A DNA stretch of 64,000 nt from an uncultured Gammaproteobacteria bacterium. Its GTDB lineage: Bacteria > Patescibacteriota > Microgenomatia > Daviesbacterales > UBA10151. Positions within the stretch are counted from its first letter, which is position 1; every line of letters starts with the position of its first letter. The position numbers and the translations under genes are program-made. The notes beneath the pieces were generated by a model, which saw only the letters and a program-made list of their open reading frames with translations, searched no databases and was not told where the DNA came from. Below are positions 1-9,058 of this stretch, one piece after another. The stretch spans positions 55,524-119,523 of the forward strand of contig CAZVEX010000003.1 in assembly GCA_964625535.1 (NCBI GenBank), written 5' to 3'.

Positions 1-1
1 G

Positions 2-1003
2 AAATCAGGCAAATTTCCTCCCCTGCCCAAAGAGAAAAAATACAAATTTCTAGGCCAAAAACTTATCTCCCCCATTGCCATTTCAGCCGGCCCTGCCTCT
101 ACCAAAATCTGGACTGATTTTTATTTCAAAATGGGCTATGGTTTGGTTTTTGAAAAAACCAGAAGATCTGTTCCTAGAAAATCCAATCAAGTCCCCAATA
201 TTGCCATTGTTCATACAGACAAACCTCTCAGTCGCAATAATCTGGACCAAACACTCGTAGCCTCTATGGATGAGGTAGACTGGCAAAAATATAACAGCAT
301 GACTAACTCCTTTGGTAATCCCTCTCCTGCCATGGAAGTTTGGACTAAAGAACTTATGGAGCAGCGAAAAGGAGTTGGAGACGGACAGCTTTTGGGCTGT
401 TCTGTCACCGCCACTTTGCATCAGGGAGCCACCATATCTGATGCTGCACTGGATTTGCTGATGGCAGCTACTGCAGCAGTCCTGTCCGGAGCCCAGGTTC
501 TAGAGTTTAATCTGGCCTGTCCAAATGTGATTGAAAATAGCATTGAAGGTGAGATGTTTCAGGATGAAAAGCTGGTTGCTTATGTCATGGCAGAGTTTAA
601 GCGAAGATTTCCCCATGTTCCCTGCGGATTTAAATTTGGAATTTACAAATCAAAGCAGCAGATGAAAAAAGTTTTTATTGCAGGAGAAGATAATCTAGAT
701 TATGTTTCCGGCATCAATGCCATTGCCATGACGGTTTTAGGCAAAGACGGCAGTGAAATTTTACCGGGCCGCAAGATTTCGGGAGTTTGCGGCATAGCCG
801 ATCAGACATTAGCCCTGGAACATATCAAATGGGCCTTTGAAATTAGAAAAGAAGAAGGGCTAAAATATGAAATTTTGGGAGGAGGAGGCATTATTGAACC
901 TGCTGACGTAGACAGATACTTATCTGCCGGGGCAGACATGGTCCAAATTGCCGCCGCAGCCCTGACAGACCCCCTGCTGGCCTACAAATACAGACTATCT
1001 TAA
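2..1003 (+). CDS. Dihydroorotate dehydrogenase-like (PyrD family) protein, 5'-truncated at window edge
   Basis: The frame is open from position 2 with no upstream stop, so the gene starts outside the window. Motifs seen: SPIAISAGPA (NPxGLAAG-like), EFNLACPNV (the class-1 DHOD LSCPN active-site motif), GGGGIIEPADV...GADMVQIAAA (FMN-binding C-terminus). Confidence 0.7.
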   Translation, partial: KSGKFPPLPKEKKYKFLGQKLISPIAISAGPASTKIWTDFYFKMGYGLVFEKTRRSVPRKSNQVPNIAIVHTDKPLSRNNLDQTLVASMDEVDWQKYNSMTNSFGNPSPAMEVWTKELMEQRKGVGDGQLLGCSVTATLHQGATISDAALDLLMAATAAVLSGAQVLEFNLACPNVIENSIEGEMFQDEKLVAYVMAEFKRRFPHVPCGFKFGIYKSKQQMKKVFIAGEDNLDYVSGINAIAMTVLGKDGSEILPGRKISGVCGIADQTLALEHIKWAFEIRKEEGLKYEILGGGGIIEPADVDRYLSAGADMVQIAAAALTDPLLAYKYRLS

Positions 1004-2067
1004 CGAAGACCCCCAGTTACTTTAACCTTAGACAAAAGATCCAGGTTTTCCAAAACTTCCCCGCAGCCTCTAACTACCGTGGTCAGCGGATCATCTGCCA
1101 CATACACGGGTAACTTTGTTTCCTCGGCTATTTTTTTATCCAGACCCCGCAGCAGCGCGCCTCCTCCTGCCAAATATATTCCCCGCTCCACTATATCTGT
1201 TAACAGTTCCGGCGGTGTTTCTTCCAACACTTCCTGGATGATGGAAACTATTTGATTAACAGTGGGGGTGAGGGCTTCCCTTATTTCCGAAGCGGTGATT
1301 TTAAGAGATTTAGGCAACCCTGTGGAAAGATCGCGCCCGCGGATAACTGTGGCGATATTATCATCTCCCCTCTCCAGCTCATAAGCAGACCCGATCTCAA
1401 TTTTGGCTTCTTCAGCGCTTTTTTCTCCAATCAGCATGCCGTAACGGGTCCTCATATAATTTATGATATCTTCATCCAGCTCATCTCCTGCCACCCGAAG
1501 GGAGCGATTGATGACCATTCCCCCCAGGGAGATTATGGCAATCTCCGTGGTGCCTCCGCCAATATCCACCATCATCACCCCTTCCGGTTGCTCAACAGGA
1601 AGCTTGGCGCCAATGGCAGCGGCCATCGGCTCCTCAATCAAAAAAGCTTGTCTGGCCCCAGCAGATAAACAGGCATCCTGCACAGCTCTTCTCTCAACTT
1701 CTGTCACACCGGATGGAATCCCCACCACCACCCGAGGCCGGGGAATTTTGGGCAGGCTCCGCCAGCCGCTTTGGGGGTTGTGATGAACTTTGTGGATAAA
1801 ATAACGCAGCATGGCTTCGGTGGTATCAAAGTCGGAAATGACCCCGTCACGCAGGGGTCTGACTGCTTCAATGGCCGCAGGAGTTCTTCCCAGCATTCTT
1901 TTAGCCTCACCTCCAATTGCTAAAATTTGTCTGCTTTTTTTATGCAGGGCCACCACGGTTGGCTCCCTGATAACAATCCCTTTACCCTTTACTAAAACCA
2001 GAGTATTAACTGTACCCAAATCAATCCCTATATCATGAGCAAAGTAGCCCCAAATCTTATCAAACAT
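1000..2067 (-). CDS. mreB: Rod shape-determining actin-like protein MreB (paralog 1)
   Basis: The translation shows the full MreB signature: GIDLGTVNTLV, REPTVVA, DIGGGTTEIAIIS and the actin/Hsp70 ATPase fold motifs. Confidence 0.9.
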   Translation of the reverse strand: MFDKIWGYFAHDIGIDLGTVNTLVLVKGKGIVIREPTVVALHKKSRQILAIGGEAKRMLGRTPAAIEAVRPLRDGVISDFDTTEAMLRYFIHKVHHNPQSGWRSLPKIPRPRVVVGIPSGVTEVERRAVQDACLSAGARQAFLIEEPMAAAIGAKLPVEQPEGVMMVDIGGGTTEIAIISLGGMVINRSLRVAGDELDEDIINYMRTRYGMLIGEKSAEEAKIEIGSAYELERGDDNIATVIRGRDLSTGLPKSLKITASEIREALTPTVNQIVSIIQEVLEETPPELLTDIVERGIYLAGGGALLRGLDKKIAEETKLPVYVADDPLTTVVRGCGEVLENLDLLSKVKVTGGLR

Positions 2068-2128
2068 GCCGTGAGTTTAACATAAAGCCAGGGGTATAGG
2101 GAATAGGGGTTAGTGTATACTATACCCT

Positions 2129-4087
2129 ATGATTGATAAAATTATTGCCTACTCTTTTTATCTTCTTTTTTTCCTGACCCCTCTTTTTTGGACCTCTTTA
2201 AATCATGAGTTGTTTGAGTTTAATAAGATGTTTTTAACTTATGGGTTTACAGTGGTGATTGTGGGAGCCTGGCTACTTAGAATGGTTAATCGTAAATCTT
2301 TAATCTTTAATCGTACTCCCCTTGATCTTCCCTTACTGCTATTTCTGGGAGCCAATATTTTATCTACCATATTTTCCATTGATACCCACACCTCCGTCTG
2401 GGGATATTACTCGAGATTAAATGGGGGGCTTTTATCTATTATCTCTTATACTCTTTTATACTGGGCCTTTGTATCCAATATGGATAAAGAAAAAGTATTT
2501 ACCGGTTTAAAATTTGCCCTGGCTTCGGGAGTGATTGTTGCTTTATGGGGGATTTTGGAACATTTTGGGGTATCTCCTTCTTGCCTGATCTTGCGGGGGG
2601 AATTTAGTGCTTCCTGTTGGATCCAAGATGTCCAAGCGCGTGTTTTTGCTACACTCGGCCAGCCAAACTGGATGGCCGGCTATTTGGCCATGCTAATTTT
2701 CCCTGCTCTGTATTTTTATTTGACAGCTAAAACTTTCGCTTTCCGTACTACTTACTACTTACTACTTACTACTCTTTATCTCGCTTTTACTTTTACCTAT
2801 TCCAGAGGCCCAACACTAGGACTAATTGGAGGATTCATAATATTTGTGGCTATATTTTTAACAAATTTCAAAAAAATTGCTTTTGTATTATTAGCATTTC
2901 TATTTATTAATATCCTTTTTGGTTCAGCCTTAACCAGTTTTAGGTTGGTTTCACAATTTGCTCCACCGCCCAGACCGGGCATAGCCCTGCCTTCATCCGG
3001 CACCCAGCTGGAAACAGGCGGCACAGAATCAGGACAAATCAGATTTATTGTTTGGCGTGGGGCTTGGGATATTTTCAAAAATTACCCGATTTTCGGATCG
3101 GGTTTGGAAACTTTTGCCTATTCCTATTATCAATTCAGGCCGGCCGAACACAACTTAACCAGTGAGTGGGATTTTCTCTATAACAAAGCTCATAATGAAT
3201 ATCTTAACTACTTGGCAACAACCGGAATAGTAGGCTTTGGAACTTACCTGTTAGTCGTCGGCACATTTCTAATATGGACTTTTAAGAAGCTTAATTCATC
3301 ATTCTTAATTCTTATAGCTTTACTTGCATCCTATATAAGTTACCTCATCTACAACTTCTTCCTGTTTTCTGTGGTTATCCTGGCCCTCTTTTTCTACCTT
3401 TTCCCCGCCCTGGCTTTTGTGGCTGCTGATGCCACCAAAGTTTTCAAATGGCCCAAAAAACTTTACGCTTTACGCTTTATGCTTTACGCTATCCTCTACC
3501 GCCGTCCTCTTTATACCAATATCACCAAAGGTCTGGTCATTTTTTCCACCTTCTATCTTCTGTTCTCTATCTTCCAGCTCTGGTATGCCGATACTCTTTT
3601 TGCCAAAGCGGAAAAATATTCCGATCTTGGCAATGCCGGAAAGGCATATAATTTGCTTGCCAGTGCTGCCGAATTAAACAAATTTGAACCACTTTACCAC
3701 TCCGAACTGGGCTTTGTGGCAGCCCAAGCTGCCGAGGCTCTTATGGAAACTGATGCCACTTTGTCTGCGGACCTTAAGAATCAGGCCGTCAACCAAACAA
3801 GGCAGGTGCTGCAACAAAGTCCCAATAATGTCTCTTACCTTCGAACAGCCGTCCGGACTTATGCCCAGTTGGCCGATCTGGATAGTAAATTCCTTGAGGA
3901 TGCCGTTTTGGTCTTGGATAAGGCCACTGCCCTGGCTCCAACAGACCCCAAGCTTTATTACAATAAGGGCTTAATCTGGCTGCAAATTGGCAAGGAAGAG
4001 GAAGCTAGCGTGTCCTTTAAAAAAGCCCTGGAGCTAAAACCCAATTACCTTGAGGCTATAGAAGAGTTGAATGAACTAAAGAAATGA
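2129..4087 (+). CDS. O-antigen ligase-like (Wzy_C) polytopic membrane protein with C-terminal TPR repeats
   Basis: About 12 predicted TM helices. Wzy_C-type motif YSRGPTLGLIGGF...HNEYLNYLATTGIVGF. C-terminal TPR-like repeats (NKGLIWLQIGKEEEASVSFKKALELKPNY). Confidence 0.65.
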   Translation: MIDKIIAYSFYLLFFLTPLFWTSLNHELFEFNKMFLTYGFTVVIVGAWLLRMVNRKSLIFNRTPLDLPLLLFLGANILSTIFSIDTHTSVWGYYSRLNGGLLSIISYTLLYWAFVSNMDKEKVFTGLKFALASGVIVALWGILEHFGVSPSCLILRGEFSASCWIQDVQARVFATLGQPNWMAGYLAMLIFPALYFYLTAKTFAFRTTYYLLLTTLYLAFTFTYSRGPTLGLIGGFIIFVAIFLTNFKKIAFVLLAFLFINILFGSALTSFRLVSQFAPPPRPGIALPSSGTQLETGGTESGQIRFIVWRGAWDIFKNYPIFGSGLETFAYSYYQFRPAEHNLTSEWDFLYNKAHNEYLNYLATTGIVGFGTYLLVVGTFLIWTFKKLNSSFLILIALLASYISYLIYNFFLFSVVILALFFYLFPALAFVAADATKVFKWPKKLYALRFMLYAILYRRPLYTNITKGLVIFSTFYLLFSIFQLWYADTLFAKAEKYSDLGNAGKAYNLLASAAELNKFEPLYHSELGFVAAQAAEALMETDATLSADLKNQAVNQTRQVLQQSPNNVSYLRTAVRTYAQLADLDSKFLEDAVLVLDKATALAPTDPKLYYNKGLIWLQIGKEEEASVSFKKALELKPNYLEAIEELNELKK

Positions 4088-4344
4088 AATCTATTTCCAA
4101 GATCATTGCTGAAACTAAATTCAAGGATAGACCCAAAAATATAGCTTATGAATTCCAGGAATATGGAGTATATTTAGCTGAAAGCTTACAGGATACCAAA
4201 CATTATTCTTTATATATAAAACTGGCAAAAGAGATGGATAGAAAAATTTTGGAAAATGCCTTAAATTTTACCAAAGGATATTTAGGAGCCAAATCCAAAG
4301 CCCGGGTATTTATGTGGAGATTGCAACAGCTGCGTAGAGCTTGA
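4084..4344 (+). CDS. Hypothetical small protein (translationally coupled, ATGA overlap with upstream gene)
   Basis: ORF of 86 aa whose start overlaps the stop of the upstream gene. No recognisable motif. Confidence 0.4.
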   Translation: MKSISKIIAETKFKDRPKNIAYEFQEYGVYLAESLQDTKHYSLYIKLAKEMDRKILENALNFTKGYLGAKSKARVFMWRLQQLRRA

Positions 4345-4943
4345 ATTTCTGGTACAATTCCCTCATGCAAATTATTAAAGCACCTGATCCAAGATTAAGA
4401 ATTAAAACTAGTCCAGTCAAGAAAATCACATCGGCTCTTTTACAAACCTTAAAAGAGATGATTAAACTGACCCAAACTTTTGAGGATCCCGAAGGTGTAG
4501 GTTTGGCAGCTACCCAAGTTGGACTCGGGGAGAGGTTTTTTGTGGCCCGTTTGCATGATTCAAAAAAAACTCCTCCTTCCAATCCTTCGCAACGCTCCCA
4601 AAGATGGAAAAATTACGGGCAGGAATTTATGGCCACTATCAATCCCCGGATTCTTTCATACTCCACAGCTACAAAAACTTATTTTGAAGGCTGTTTATCT
4701 GTGCCTGATATCTGGGGTAAGGTCAAAAGACATACCTCAATTAAGGTTTCTTATCAGGATACAGCCGGCCAAAGTATTACTAAAACTCTAAAGGGGATTC
4801 CTGCCTGGATATTCCAACATGAAGTGGATCATTTGGATGGAATTTTATTTTCCGAGCGGGTGCTGCAACAGCGGGGTAAATTTTATAAATTTACAGGCAA
4901 AGACAAAACAGGCACGGATACTTTTGAAGAAATTACAATATGA
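4341..4943 (+). CDS. def: Peptide deformylase
   Basis: Motifs GVGLAATQVG, EGCLSVP, QHEVDHLDG (the three PDF metal-binding motifs). Followed by fmt with a 4-nt overlap, the classic def-fmt arrangement. Confidence 0.9.
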   Translation: MNFWYNSLMQIIKAPDPRLRIKTSPVKKITSALLQTLKEMIKLTQTFEDPEGVGLAATQVGLGERFFVARLHDSKKTPPSNPSQRSQRWKNYGQEFMATINPRILSYSTATKTYFEGCLSVPDIWGKVKRHTSIKVSYQDTAGQSITKTLKGIPAWIFQHEVDHLDGILFSERVLQQRGKFYKFTGKDKTGTDTFEEITI

Positions 4944-5656
4944 AAATAGTTTTTCTTGGATCTCCACAATTTGTTCAACCTATCAAAGATGAATTAGCTA
5001 AACATTTTACCCTTGTGGATTCATTAAATGAAGCTGATTTGGGAGTGGTATCAGCTTATGGCAGGATTTTAACCAAACAGGAACTAAATACTCCAAAATA
5101 TGGATTTATCAATGTCCACCCGTCGCTTTTACCAAAATACAGAGGCCCCTCGCCTATCCAGCAAGCCATATTAAATGGAGACAAAATTTCCGGTATTACC
5201 ATTATCAAAATGGATGAGGAAGTAGACCACGGGCCTATTTTATATCAAGAAGAATTAGAGCTTTTAGATAGTGATAATTTTGATACTTTGAGTAAAAAAA
5301 TGTTTCTTCGTTCAAGTAAGATTTTACCCAAAATTATTAAAGATTTTATAAACGGAAAGATAAAACTTATTGAGCAAGATCATTCTTATGCAACTTATTG
5401 CCCTCTTCTTACCAGAAAGTCCGGTTTTTTTGATATAGACAATCCCCCGGAAAAACTGGACAGAATGATTAGAGCATATTATCCCTGGCCGGGAGTATGG
5501 ACCCGCTGGTCCTTCGACTCCGCTCAGGATAAAAATAATAACATTGTTAAATTCTATCCCAACGGAAAAATCCAGATGGAAGGGAAAAAAGTTATGCCAT
5601 GGAAAGACTTCCTAAACGGTTATCCAGACTTTCCCATTAAATCTTTCTCGCCTTGA
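4940..5656 (+). CDS. fmt: Methionyl-tRNA formyltransferase (short form)
   Basis: Motif INVHPSLLPKYRGPSPIQQAILNGD (formyltransferase N-domain SLLP/HxSLLPxxRG). Sits in the def-fmt operon position. At 238 aa it is shorter than canonical Fmt. Confidence 0.8.
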   Translation: MKIVFLGSPQFVQPIKDELAKHFTLVDSLNEADLGVVSAYGRILTKQELNTPKYGFINVHPSLLPKYRGPSPIQQAILNGDKISGITIIKMDEEVDHGPILYQEELELLDSDNFDTLSKKMFLRSSKILPKIIKDFINGKIKLIEQDHSYATYCPLLTRKSGFFDIDNPPEKLDRMIRAYYPWPGVWTRWSFDSAQDKNNNIVKFYPNGKIQMEGKKVMPWKDFLNGYPDFPIKSFSP

Positions 5657-6147
5657 AGAAAATCAATCACTGGTTTACGATAATCTTCCCTTCTTAATTT
5701 TCTTTTTGCTTTAGCAAAGTTTTGAGAAATGGTTTGCCTTTTGACACCGAATCGTTCTCCTATTTCTTCCAGTACTACAGGCTCTGCTGTTGGGTCAAGC
5801 CCAAAACTCATCTCAACCACTCTTCTTTCGCGTTTAGTAAGCTCACTGCTATCCAACCATGTATTTACAATGGGAACCAGGTCTTTTGCACGATCCGGCT
5901 GACCAGTAAGTCTATCCAAGGATTCCCTTAAAGGTCTTTTCTCTGCAAATACCCTATCAATAATTTCTTGAGATGGCACTTCCACAGGGACAAAACCCGA
6001 ACTTAATCTGCTGTGAACTACATTAAAACCTCGCGTTCCTCTTTCCACTCTCCTCCTAAATTCCTCATCTGGAAACAGCTCAAAAACTCCACGCACCAAG
6101 CCGATGCATCGTTCAATAATAACCGGATTTGGTAAAGTTTCTGTCAT
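5620..6147 (-). CDS. Sigma-70 region 3/4-like DNA-binding protein (no recognisable region 2)
   Basis: The C-terminus LTKRERRVVEMSFGLDPTAEPVVLEEIGERFGVKRQTISQNFAKAKRKLR is a typical sigma-70 region 4 HTH. No region 2 signature was recognised. Confidence 0.55.
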   Translation of the reverse strand: MTETLPNPVIIERCIGLVRGVFELFPDEEFRRRVERGTRGFNVVHSRLSSGFVPVEVPSQEIIDRVFAEKRPLRESLDRLTGQPDRAKDLVPIVNTWLDSSELTKRERRVVEMSFGLDPTAEPVVLEEIGERFGVKRQTISQNFAKAKRKLRREDYRKPVIDFLQGEKDLMGKSG

Positions 6148-6148
6148 T

Positions 6149-6361
6149 TTAAGAAGCAGGGGAAACCCAGGCTTTTTTAACTATTCTTAAACACTTGGTG
6201 CAGTATTTTTTGCCCATATAAACATGAAGGTTGGGTTTTTGGGTCCTTTTGTGAATAGGGGCGCGCAGGGCCCACACACCCCCTGCCCCGGATGAACCTT
6301 TTTTGTGCCTGGAAAAAGACTGGATATTTTTACCTTTACCACACCTTACACAAACTGTCAT
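6149..6361 (-). CDS. rpmB: Putative 50S ribosomal protein L28 (zinc-ribbon type) with internal GC-rich insertion
   Basis: MTVCVRCGKGKN...KRTQKPNLH...KKYCTKCLRIVKK matches the L28 pattern (C-x-x-C...KRRFxPNLH...C-x-x-C). The track ORF extends a further 12 codons upstream. The insertion GSSGAGGVWALRAP corresponds to a GC-rich DNA patch at 6230-6300. Confidence 0.55.
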   Translation of the reverse strand: MTVCVRCGKGKNIQSFSRHKKGSSGAGGVWALRAPIHKRTQKPNLHVYMGKKYCTKCLRIVKKAWVSPAS

Positions 6362-6503
6362 ATGTGGTAATATAACATGAGTAAGAAGAATTTTCAATTT
6401 TTAATTTTCAATTTTTAATGAAAATAATAAATGTTTAAAATATTAAAAATTAAATCATTTAGATTTGAATAAAAATTTCAAATTTAGATTTTAAAATTAA
6501 TCT

Positions 6504-7151
6504 ATGAATCCAGAATTCTTAGCCCTATCTATAATCATATTGCTTTTTTCCGTCATAGTTCATGAAGTCATGCATGGATATGTAGCTTTAAGATTTGGGG
6601 ATCATACCGCCCAAAAGATGGGCAGGCTGACCTTAAACCCCATTCCTCACATTGATCCTTTTGGTACCATTCTTTTACCAGCCTTAATTCTGATACCGGC
6701 ATTTTTGACCGGGACTCCTGCCGGACCACTCCTGGCCTGGGCCAAACCGGTGCCTGTTAATCCTTTGAATTTTTCCTCCTTGCGACGCGGTGAGCTTTTC
6801 GTATCGGCTGCAGGAGTTACGGCCAATTTCGCGCTGGCAGCGATTTGCGCCCTGCTTTTCCATATTCTCAACGGCCTGCCGTACGTTTTCCCAGAACTCC
6901 TGGGCAGACTGCTACTTTTTGGCGTACGCATAAATTTGTTTTTGGGGGTGTTTAATTTATTGCCTATACCGCCTCTCGACGGATCAAAAGTACTGTTGTC
7001 CCAACTTCCCCTGCATCTTGCAAAAGAATATCAAAAACTGGAGCGATACGGCTTTCTTTTACTGTTATTCTTAATATTTATCTTTCCGGCTCCTCTTTTT
7101 TTGCTCCTGAATTTTTTGGTGGGGCTGTCTACAAAACTGCTGGGATTTTAA
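6504..7151 (+). CDS. Zinc metalloprotease, peptidase M50/site-2 protease-like (COG1994 type)
   Basis: Polytopic membrane protein with HEVMHG (HExxH) in TM1 and the LNPIPHIDPFG motif typical of small M50B proteases. Confidence 0.7.
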   Translation: MNPEFLALSIIILLFSVIVHEVMHGYVALRFGDHTAQKMGRLTLNPIPHIDPFGTILLPALILIPAFLTGTPAGPLLAWAKPVPVNPLNFSSLRRGELFVSAAGVTANFALAAICALLFHILNGLPYVFPELLGRLLLFGVRINLFLGVFNLLPIPPLDGSKVLLSQLPLHLAKEYQKLERYGFLLLLFLIFIFPAPLFLLLNFLVGLSTKLLGF

Positions 7152-8314
7152 AGCCGAAAAAAGCCTCGGATTTGTACCACAAAAAGTAAAGTTATAAGGA
7201 TTAATGCTGCGGAGGCGGTAAACGGTGAATGGAAGCCAAAGGTGGAAAATAGCCATCCGCCCAAAAGCGGTCCAAAAACCCGCCCCATTGATTCAAATGA
7301 TGAGAAAATGCCCATGGTGGTCCCCTGCCCTTCTTTGGTCTGTTTGGAAACAAGAGTAGCCAAAGTTGGTCTGGTCATGGAAGAACCCAAAGTCATCACA
7401 ATCATAAAGATTAAAAGAAATACCGGCGATTTGGCAAAAGGAATTAAAAATAAACCTATGGCAATCATAGTTGTCCCAAACACTACGGTTTTGTGTTCAC
7501 CCAAAAAAAGGGTAATTTTATAAATAAGAACAGACTGCATAAAGGCTGATAAAAGCCCCTGGACAGAGAAAAAATATCCGATGGTTGAGGCGGACAGATT
7601 CAGTTTCTCTTGAGAAAATAAAGGCACTGCCACCTCATTATTGGTCAGGGCAAAAGACCAGAGAAAAATCAGGATGAAAAATGAGCCCAGCTCCCCTTTT
7701 AGGCCATAGTACATATGTTTAATGTTAAAAAAGCCTTCTTTGATCATTAACTTCTCCTCTTTCCTGGATAAAGACTCGGGCAAAAATAGCAGTACAAAGA
7801 GTAAATTTAAGGCAGCCAAGATGGAGGCTACAAAAAACGGGAAGGAAAAACTGACTGCCGACAGGACTCCGCCGAGCCCCGGCCCAAAAATAAAGCCGGC
7901 AGCCAAAGATGCCCCCAGATTACCCATGCCTTTGATACGGCTTTCCTTATCAGTCACATCGGAAACATAGGCTTGAGCAACAGGAATGGAGGCAGCGGAA
8001 AAAGATCCCTGTAAAATCCTCCCGATAAAAAGCCAAAATAAGCTGTTAGACAAGCCAAAAAGTAAATAGGATAAGGCTAAACCTATAAGGGCTATGACCA
8101 TAATCGGTTTTCTGCCAAATCTGTCTGACAATCTGCCCCATATAGGAGAAAGGATAAATTGGGCTATGGCAAAACTGGCTGCCAAAAGCCCGATCGTGGC
8201 CTCACTGGCATTAAAGTGTTTGGCATAAAAAGGCAAAAGCGGAAAAACCATGCCAAAACCGATAATGTTGACAAAAACTGTTAAGTAAATAAAAAACAAG
8301 GGCGGCTTCCTCAT
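7148..8314 (-). CDS. MFS transporter (drug:H+ antiporter-like)
   Basis: 12 TM helices. MFS motif A-like GRLSDRFGRKPIM after TM2. N-terminus MRKPPLFFIYLTVFVNIIGFGMVFPLLPFY is typical of the Tet/TCR subfamily. Confidence 0.8.
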   Translation of the reverse strand: MRKPPLFFIYLTVFVNIIGFGMVFPLLPFYAKHFNASEATIGLLAASFAIAQFILSPIWGRLSDRFGRKPIMVIALIGLALSYLLFGLSNSLFWLFIGRILQGSFSAASIPVAQAYVSDVTDKESRIKGMGNLGASLAAGFIFGPGLGGVLSAVSFSFPFFVASILAALNLLFVLLFLPESLSRKEEKLMIKEGFFNIKHMYYGLKGELGSFFILIFLWSFALTNNEVAVPLFSQEKLNLSASTIGYFFSVQGLLSAFMQSVLIYKITLFLGEHKTVVFGTTMIAIGLFLIPFAKSPVFLLIFMIVMTLGSSMTRPTLATLVSKQTKEGQGTTMGIFSSFESMGRVFGPLLGGWLFSTFGFHSPFTASAALILITLLFVVQIRGFFRL

Positions 8315-8317
8315 ATT

Positions 8318-8533
8318 TTAGCGGCGAGGTTTAAAAAGTCTGTTAAAGGGTGTCTGCTTTTGCGGTTCAGCTTCTTTTTGACCATCCAAATATTCTCCAA
8401 CAGCTCTTCTAATAAACTCTCCAGCGGAAATGTTTTTAGATTTGGCAAAGTTAACTACTTTCTTCCACAAATCTTTGTCAAAAAGGATATCAACCCTTCT
8501 ATTTAGCATACACATACACATTAACATACACAT
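8318..8533 (-). CDS. Ribbon-helix-helix (CopG/Arc-like) DNA-binding protein
   Basis: VDILFDKDLWKKVVNFAKSKNISAGEFIRRAVGEYL follows the RHH beta-strand plus two-helix pattern. The first ~9 codons (MCMLMCMCM) come from a CATACA hexamer repeat and are probably a spurious N-terminal extension, so the true start is probably near 8506. Confidence 0.5.
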   Translation of the reverse strand: MCMLMCMCMLNRRVDILFDKDLWKKVVNFAKSKNISAGEFIRRAVGEYLDGQKEAEPQKQTPFNRLFKPRR

Positions 8534-8539
8534 ATTATT

Positions 8540-8586
8540 TTGTCAAGTATTTACCCTCTTGACAAGAATCTACAGGGGTGATAATG
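8540..8586. promoter_or_regulatory. Inverted repeat TTGTCAAG-N10-CTTGACAA overlapping a TTGACA -35 box and an ATAATG/TAATGT -10
   Basis: Seen directly: 8540-8547 and 8558-8565 are perfect reverse complements. TTGACA at 8559-8564 is followed 16-17 nt later by a -10-like hexamer. The region lies upstream (on the minus strand) of the RHH gene start, so it is a candidate autoregulatory operator/promoter. Confidence 0.4.
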
Positions 8587-8867
8587 TTAATTTAGTCTAA
8601 AAGGACATTTGTAGATGGCCTTAAAGACCTGCCCTACTTAGCACGTTTAAAGCCAACATATTTTTCTTCACTGATTTGATACTTTACGGGAGTTCAAAGT
8701 AGATATACCGTTATGGTATGTTTCAGAACACCCACCTTAGGTTTCCTGAGGAGAAAATTTGGCTGACGACTATAGTAGGGAGAAATTATTTTTTTCGAAA
8801 TACCTCTAACAACAGATCATAGATCTGCAAATTCCATTTGTGCTAAAATGTGTTTACCATAAATTTT

Positions 8868-8941
8868 GCCTCCTTAGCTTAGTGGCAAAGCAGCGGTTTT
8901 GTAAACCGTCGACAACAGTTCGATTCTGTTAGGGGGCTCCA
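8868..8941 (+). tRNA. tRNA, class I, anticodon GUA (Tyr) or UGU (Thr) depending on anticodon-stem register; CCA encoded
   Basis: Cloverleaf with acceptor GCCTCCT/AGGGGGC, T-loop TTCGATT, anticodon region GCGGTTTTGTAAACCGT. The register with a perfect 5-bp stem gives GTA. The alternative register gives TGT. Synteny (Tyr-Thr-rpmG-Trp-secE) favours Tyr. Confidence 0.7.
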
Positions 8942-8964
8942 AGGTTTACACTGAGGAATGAAGT

Positions 8965-9040
8965 GCCGAAGTGGCTCAGTGGTAGAGCACGTTCTTGGTA
9001 AGAACGGGGTCACGGGTCCGATTCCCGTCTTCGGCTCCCA
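8965..9040 (+). tRNA. tRNA-Thr (anticodon GGU), CCA encoded
   Basis: Acceptor GCCGAAG/CTTCGGC. Anticodon stem CGTTC/GAACG with loop TTGGTAA. T-stem ACGGG/CCCGT. Confidence 0.8.
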
Positions 9041-9058
9041 TGTGTTATACTATCCCCT

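Noticed and set aside
1252-2038. Plus-strand ORFs (1252-1668, 1463-1783, 1811-2038) inside mreB
   Set aside because: They are antisense or alternate-frame products of a well-supported MreB CDS, with low-complexity translations.
6362-6397. N-terminal 12 codons (MKILLTHVILPH) of the L28-like ORF
   Set aside because: L28 homology begins at MTVCVRCGKG. The upstream extension lies in the AT-rich promoter region.
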